Source: Alphaproteobacteria bacterium (lineage in GTDB: Bacteria > Pseudomonadota > Alphaproteobacteria > Bin95). Taken from it: DNA of 64,000 bases. The position numbers and the translations under genes were made by a program. Shown piece after piece: positions 61,100 through 64,000 of this stretch. The stretch spans positions 2,951 through 66,950 of the forward strand of contig JAJDVH010000145.1 of NCBI GenBank assembly GCA_022826185.1, read 5' to 3'. Under the pieces are notes generated by a model, which saw nothing but the letters and a program-made list of their open reading frames with translations, ran no database searches and was not told the origin of the DNA. How positions within the stretch are numbered: position 1 is the first letter of the stretch; each line of letters opens with the position of its first letter.

Positions 61100-61840
61100 C
61101 TACCCCGCCTCCATGTCATGCACGGCCCAGCAGACCCATGTGGTCCACCAGCCGTTGACCTCGAGGCCGGCGGCGGCCTGGAGGGCGCGGAGCGCGGCGT
61201 CGGAGCGCGGGCCCCAGACGCCGTCCACGGGGCCCGGAGCGAAGCCGAGCCGGGCGAGCGCGCGCTGGCGGCCCTCCGGCATCCAGACATCCGACCACAC
61301 GTCCGGAATCTCCGGGTCGTCGTAGATCGCGCGCAGCACCCGGGCGAAGGGGAAGCCCAGCACGTCCTGCTTCCAGGTCGGGCAGAGGTCGTGGTGGCCG
61401 TGATGGTCGCGCGGCCCGATCCCCGGCCAGCGGGCGGCGATCTCCCGGCCGACCGCCGCCATCATGGCGATCTGCTCCTCCGTCCAGGGCTCCACCCTGA
61501 AGATGCGCCGGCCGTCGGGCGTCGCGGCCTCGATCCAGTCCGGACCCGCCGGCACGCCCTCGCGCGCATAGCCGATATTCACCGTCTCGATGCCGATGCA
61601 GGCGCGCGCGCCCTTGGTGCGGGCCGTCGAGGGCCGGCCGTCCCAGCGCAGCGTCTGCTCGACGCCGGCATGCCAGGAGCGGTTGGCGAGCGAGACATAG
61701 CGCGACACGCCCTCGGCGAAGCTGCGTCCGACGGCGTAATGGGCCGAGGCCTGTCCCTTGCGCTCCGGCTCGGCGCCGCCGAGCAGGCGGTCGCAGGCGG
61801 CGAGGTCGTATGTCGCCGTCCAGTGCCATGTGACGCCCAT
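61100..61840 (-). CDS. N-acetylmuramoyl-L-alanine amidase (Amidase_2/AmpD-like) with C-terminal peptidoglycan-binding domain
   Basis: Amidase_2 pattern. C-terminal PG_binding_1 (ALARLGF..VDGVWGPRSDAALRALQ). Start placed at MGVTWHW because the upstream M codons lie in the repeat element. Confidence 0.7.
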   Translation of the reverse strand: MGVTWHWTATYDLAACDRLLGGAEPERKGQASAHYAVGRSFAEGVSRYVSLANRSWHAGVEQTLRWDGRPSTARTKGARACIGIETVNIGYAREGVPAGPDWIEAATPDGRRIFRVEPWTEEQIAMMAAVGREIAARWPGIGPRDHHGHHDLCPTWKQDVLGFPFARVLRAIYDDPEIPDVWSDVWMPEGRQRALARLGFAPGPVDGVWGPRSDAALRALQAAAGLEVNGWWTTWVCWAVHDMEAG

Positions 61841-61964
61841 CGGCCGCCCGCCCGTCGCCTTCGTCCAGCCCCGCGAGACCGCATGGCCCCTGCCGAGCGG
61901 GATGCGGGAGCGTGCGTCTGTGCGGAAACCCTCCGGCAGCGGCGCCGGCCGCGTATCGGGGGAC

Positions 61965-62345
61965 TCCGGCGATGTGTCATGAAATGTCATGTTTTGTCAT
62001 GCGGGGCTGTCTTAGCGGGGCTGCGCGGCCGGCGCCGCCGCCGGTGCGGGGCGGGGTCGGTTGCGGTCATCTGGTCTCCTTTCCGGTCGGGGAGGGCGGT
62101 CCCTTTGCCGCGCGTATCGCGCGGGGGCGCGGGCGCGCCTTTGCGCCGGCGCGGTTCGCGCGCCTGATTGCGCGCGCGAGGCGGAGGGCGCACCTCTCCC
62201 GTCGGTTCTGCGGGTGTTTTTCCGGATCCGGGGGAAGCGGCTCCGGATGCCCCTTCCCTCTATTGACACCATACTACAGGATCGGTCAGAGTCAAGCCCC
62301 GTTCCGAACAAAAAGTAAATATCAAGGACATTTTTCATGGGACGC
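61965..62345. repeat. copy 3 of the intergenic repeat element
   Basis: Shares the core with copies 1 and 2. Minus-strand promoter TTGACT-N16-TATGGT at 62268-62295 and SD+ATG at 62070. Confidence 0.6.
62268..62295 (-). promoter_or_regulatory. sigma70-like promoter in repeat copy 3
   Basis: TTGACT-N16-TATGGT in the same relative position as in copies 1 and 2. Confidence 0.35.
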
Positions 62346-62444
62346 CGAGGGTGACGACAAGGGGGGCGCGGTGACTCAACAGACAGGCGGGGAAGGAGTT
62401 TTCCGGCTGCAACCGGCGGCGACACCGATCGGCAGGCGCGGGAC

Positions 62445-64000
62445 TCACACGGCGGTCCGGGCGAGCGCGCTCCGGATCATCGCCTCGGTCTCGGCCAGCC
62501 CGTAAAGCGCGGCGAAGGAGCCGAAGCGCGGCCCCTGCTTGCGCCCCAGCAGGACTTCGTAGAGCGCGGCGAACCATGTCCTGAGCGGCTCGAAGCCATG
62601 CGCCTTGCCGACGGCGTAAACATCCGCCTGCACGGTCTCGCCGTCCGCATCGCGCGGCAGCGCCGCCAACCGGTCGGCCAGCTCCGCCAGCGCCGCGGCT
62701 TCCTTCGCGTCCGGGTCGCGCCAGACCTTCTGCGGGGCGACGAAATCGCGGCAGTAGGCAACCGCGAAATCCGCCAGCCGGTCCAGTTGCGGCCGCGTTT
62801 CCGGCGACGTCCCCGGGTCGTAGCGCGAGATGAAGCCCCAGAGCGTGTCCTTGTCCCGCGCGTCGCTGGCCGCCGCCAGGTTGAGCAGCAGCGAGAAGGA
62901 AATGCCCTCCTCCGGCTCGGGCGGCGCGCCGCCGTGGATGTGCCAGGCGGGATTTTCCAGCCGCTTCTCCTCCTCTTCGCCGACGGCGCGGGCGAGGAAG
63001 GCGCGATAGTCGTCCACGGCGCGCGGGATGACGTCGAAATAGAGCCGCTTCGCCGCCTTCGGCTTCTGGAACATGAACAGCGCCAGGCTCTCCTCCGGGG
63101 CATAGGTCAGCCATTCCTCGATGGACAGGCCGTTGCCCTTGGACTTGGAGATCTTCTCGCCGCGCTCGTCGAGGAAGAGTTCGTAGATGAAGCCCTCCGG
63201 CGGCCGGCCGCCGAGCGCCCGGCAGATGCGCCCGGAGAGCCGGACCGAGTCGATCAGGTCCTTGCCGGCCATCTCGTAGTCCACGTCGAGCGCCCGCCAG
63301 CGCATCGCCCAGTCGGCCTTCCATTGCAGCTTGCACGCGCCGCCGGTGACCGGCTGTTCGACCCGCCGGCCGCCCTCGTCCTCATAGACGACGGTGCCGG
63401 CGTCCGGGTCGCGGTGCAGGATCGGCGCCTGCAGAACGACGCCCGTCTTCGGGCAGACCGGCAGGAAGGGGCTGTAGGTCTCCCGGCGCTCGGGCCCGAG
63501 CGTCGGCAGCACGATTTCCATGACCGCATCGTAGGCCCGCAGCACGCCGAGCAGCGTCTCGTCGAACCGGCCGGAGCGGTAGCACTCGGTCGCGCTCACG
63601 AATTCGTAGTCGAAGCCGAACCGGTCCAGGAACGCGCGGAGCCGGGCATTGTTGTGCGCGCCGAAGCTCTCATGCGTGCCGAAGGGGTCGGGCACGGAGG
63701 TGAGCGGCTTGCCGAGATGGGCCTCCAGCGCCTCGCGGTTCGGCACATTGTCGGGCGCGCGGCGCAAGCCGTCCATGTCGTCGGAAAAGGCGAACAGCCG
63801 GGTGGGCGCGTCGGAGAGCTCGGCGAAGGCGCGGCGCACCATGGCCGTGCGCGCCACCTCGCCGAAGGTGCCGATATGCGGCAGGCCGGAGGGGCCGTAG
63901 CCCGTCTCGAACAGCGCATAGCCCTTGTCCGGAACGCCCCCGCCAAGGCGCGCCAGCAGCTTGCGCGCTTCCTCGAACGGCCAGGCGCGGGCGGAGCTTG
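62445..64000 (-). CDS. lysK: lysine--tRNA ligase, class I, 5'-partial (continues past the window end)
   Basis: KISKSKGN (KMSKS). Upstream translation ...[20 protein letters not shown] gives the HIGH-type motif. N-terminus beyond 64000. Confidence 0.85.
   Translation of the reverse strand, partial: SSARAWPFEEARKLLARLGGGVPDKGYALFETGYGPSGLPHIGTFGEVARTAMVRRAFAELSDAPTRLFAFSDDMDGLRRAPDNVPNREALEAHLGKPLTSVPDPFGTHESFGAHNNARLRAFLDRFGFDYEFVSATECYRSGRFDETLLGVLRAYDAVMEIVLPTLGPERRETYSPFLPVCPKTGVVLQAPILHRDPDAGTVVYEDEGGRRVEQPVTGGACKLQWKADWAMRWRALDVDYEMAGKDLIDSVRLSGRICRALGGRPPEGFIYELFLDERGEKISKSKGNGLSIEEWLTYAPEESLALFMFQKPKAAKRLYFDVIPRAVDDYRAFLARAVGEEEEKRLENPAWHIHGGAPPEPEEGISFSLLLNLAAASDARDKDTLWGFISRYDPGTSPETRPQLDRLADFAVAYCRDFVAPQKVWRDPDAKEAAALAELADRLAALPRDADGETVQADVYAVGKAHGFEPLRTWFAALYEVLLGRKQGPRFGSFAALYGLAETEAMIRSALARTAV

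Noticed and set aside
49100-62345. Possibility that the three repeated elements form a CRISPR array
   Set aside because: Units are about 400-550 bp long, 3-10 kb apart, not short regularly spaced direct repeats. No cas genes.

Overview
This is a high-GC (about 65-70%) alphaproteobacterial-type chromosomal window. It is densely packed with metabolic and housekeeping genes. It begins with a 5'-truncated fused hydantoinase/5-oxoprolinase (HyuA/HyuB) gene and ends with a 5'-truncated class I lysyl-tRNA synthetase gene. Metabolic and housekeeping genes in the window:
- acyl-CoA dehydrogenases
- gatCAB
- pyrC
- tctCBA
- a tauABC-like transporter plus a TauD-like dioxygenase
- FO synthase (fbiC, F420 biosynthesis)
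- a GMC oxidoreductase
- galU, ugd and a phosphomannomutase/phosphoglucomutase
- an AmpD-like amidase.
Several lower-GC, accessory-looking insertions are embedded in this background:
- An ABC/AAA-type ATPase gene translationally coupled to a 160-aa unknown partner (7383-9025). This is a candidate anti-phage/abortive-infection cassette.
- An AT-rich-promoted Fic-domain protein (3424-4941).
- A higB plus long-higA toxin-antitoxin pair with a palindromic operator (17233-18883).
- A low-GC cassette: a small transmembrane (TM) protein, a secreted Sel1-repeat/trypsin-like peptidase and a STAND/AAA_16-like NTPase (30190-34023).
- An ~850-bp low-GC insertion that truncates an outer-membrane-protein gene and carries a Cys/His-rich, HNH-like small ORF (53050-53900).
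The most unusual non-coding signal is a ~400-550-bp element present in three copies (about 49.1 kb, 52.0 kb and 62.0 kb). Each copy has, on the minus strand, a sigma70-like promoter, a GC-rich hairpin-rich leader, a strong Shine-Dalgarno sequence (SD) plus ATG for a short ORF with a conserved N-terminus, and a tail of GTCATG direct repeats. A palindrome-pair structure lies next to copy 2. No rRNA, tRNA or CRISPR array was recognised.
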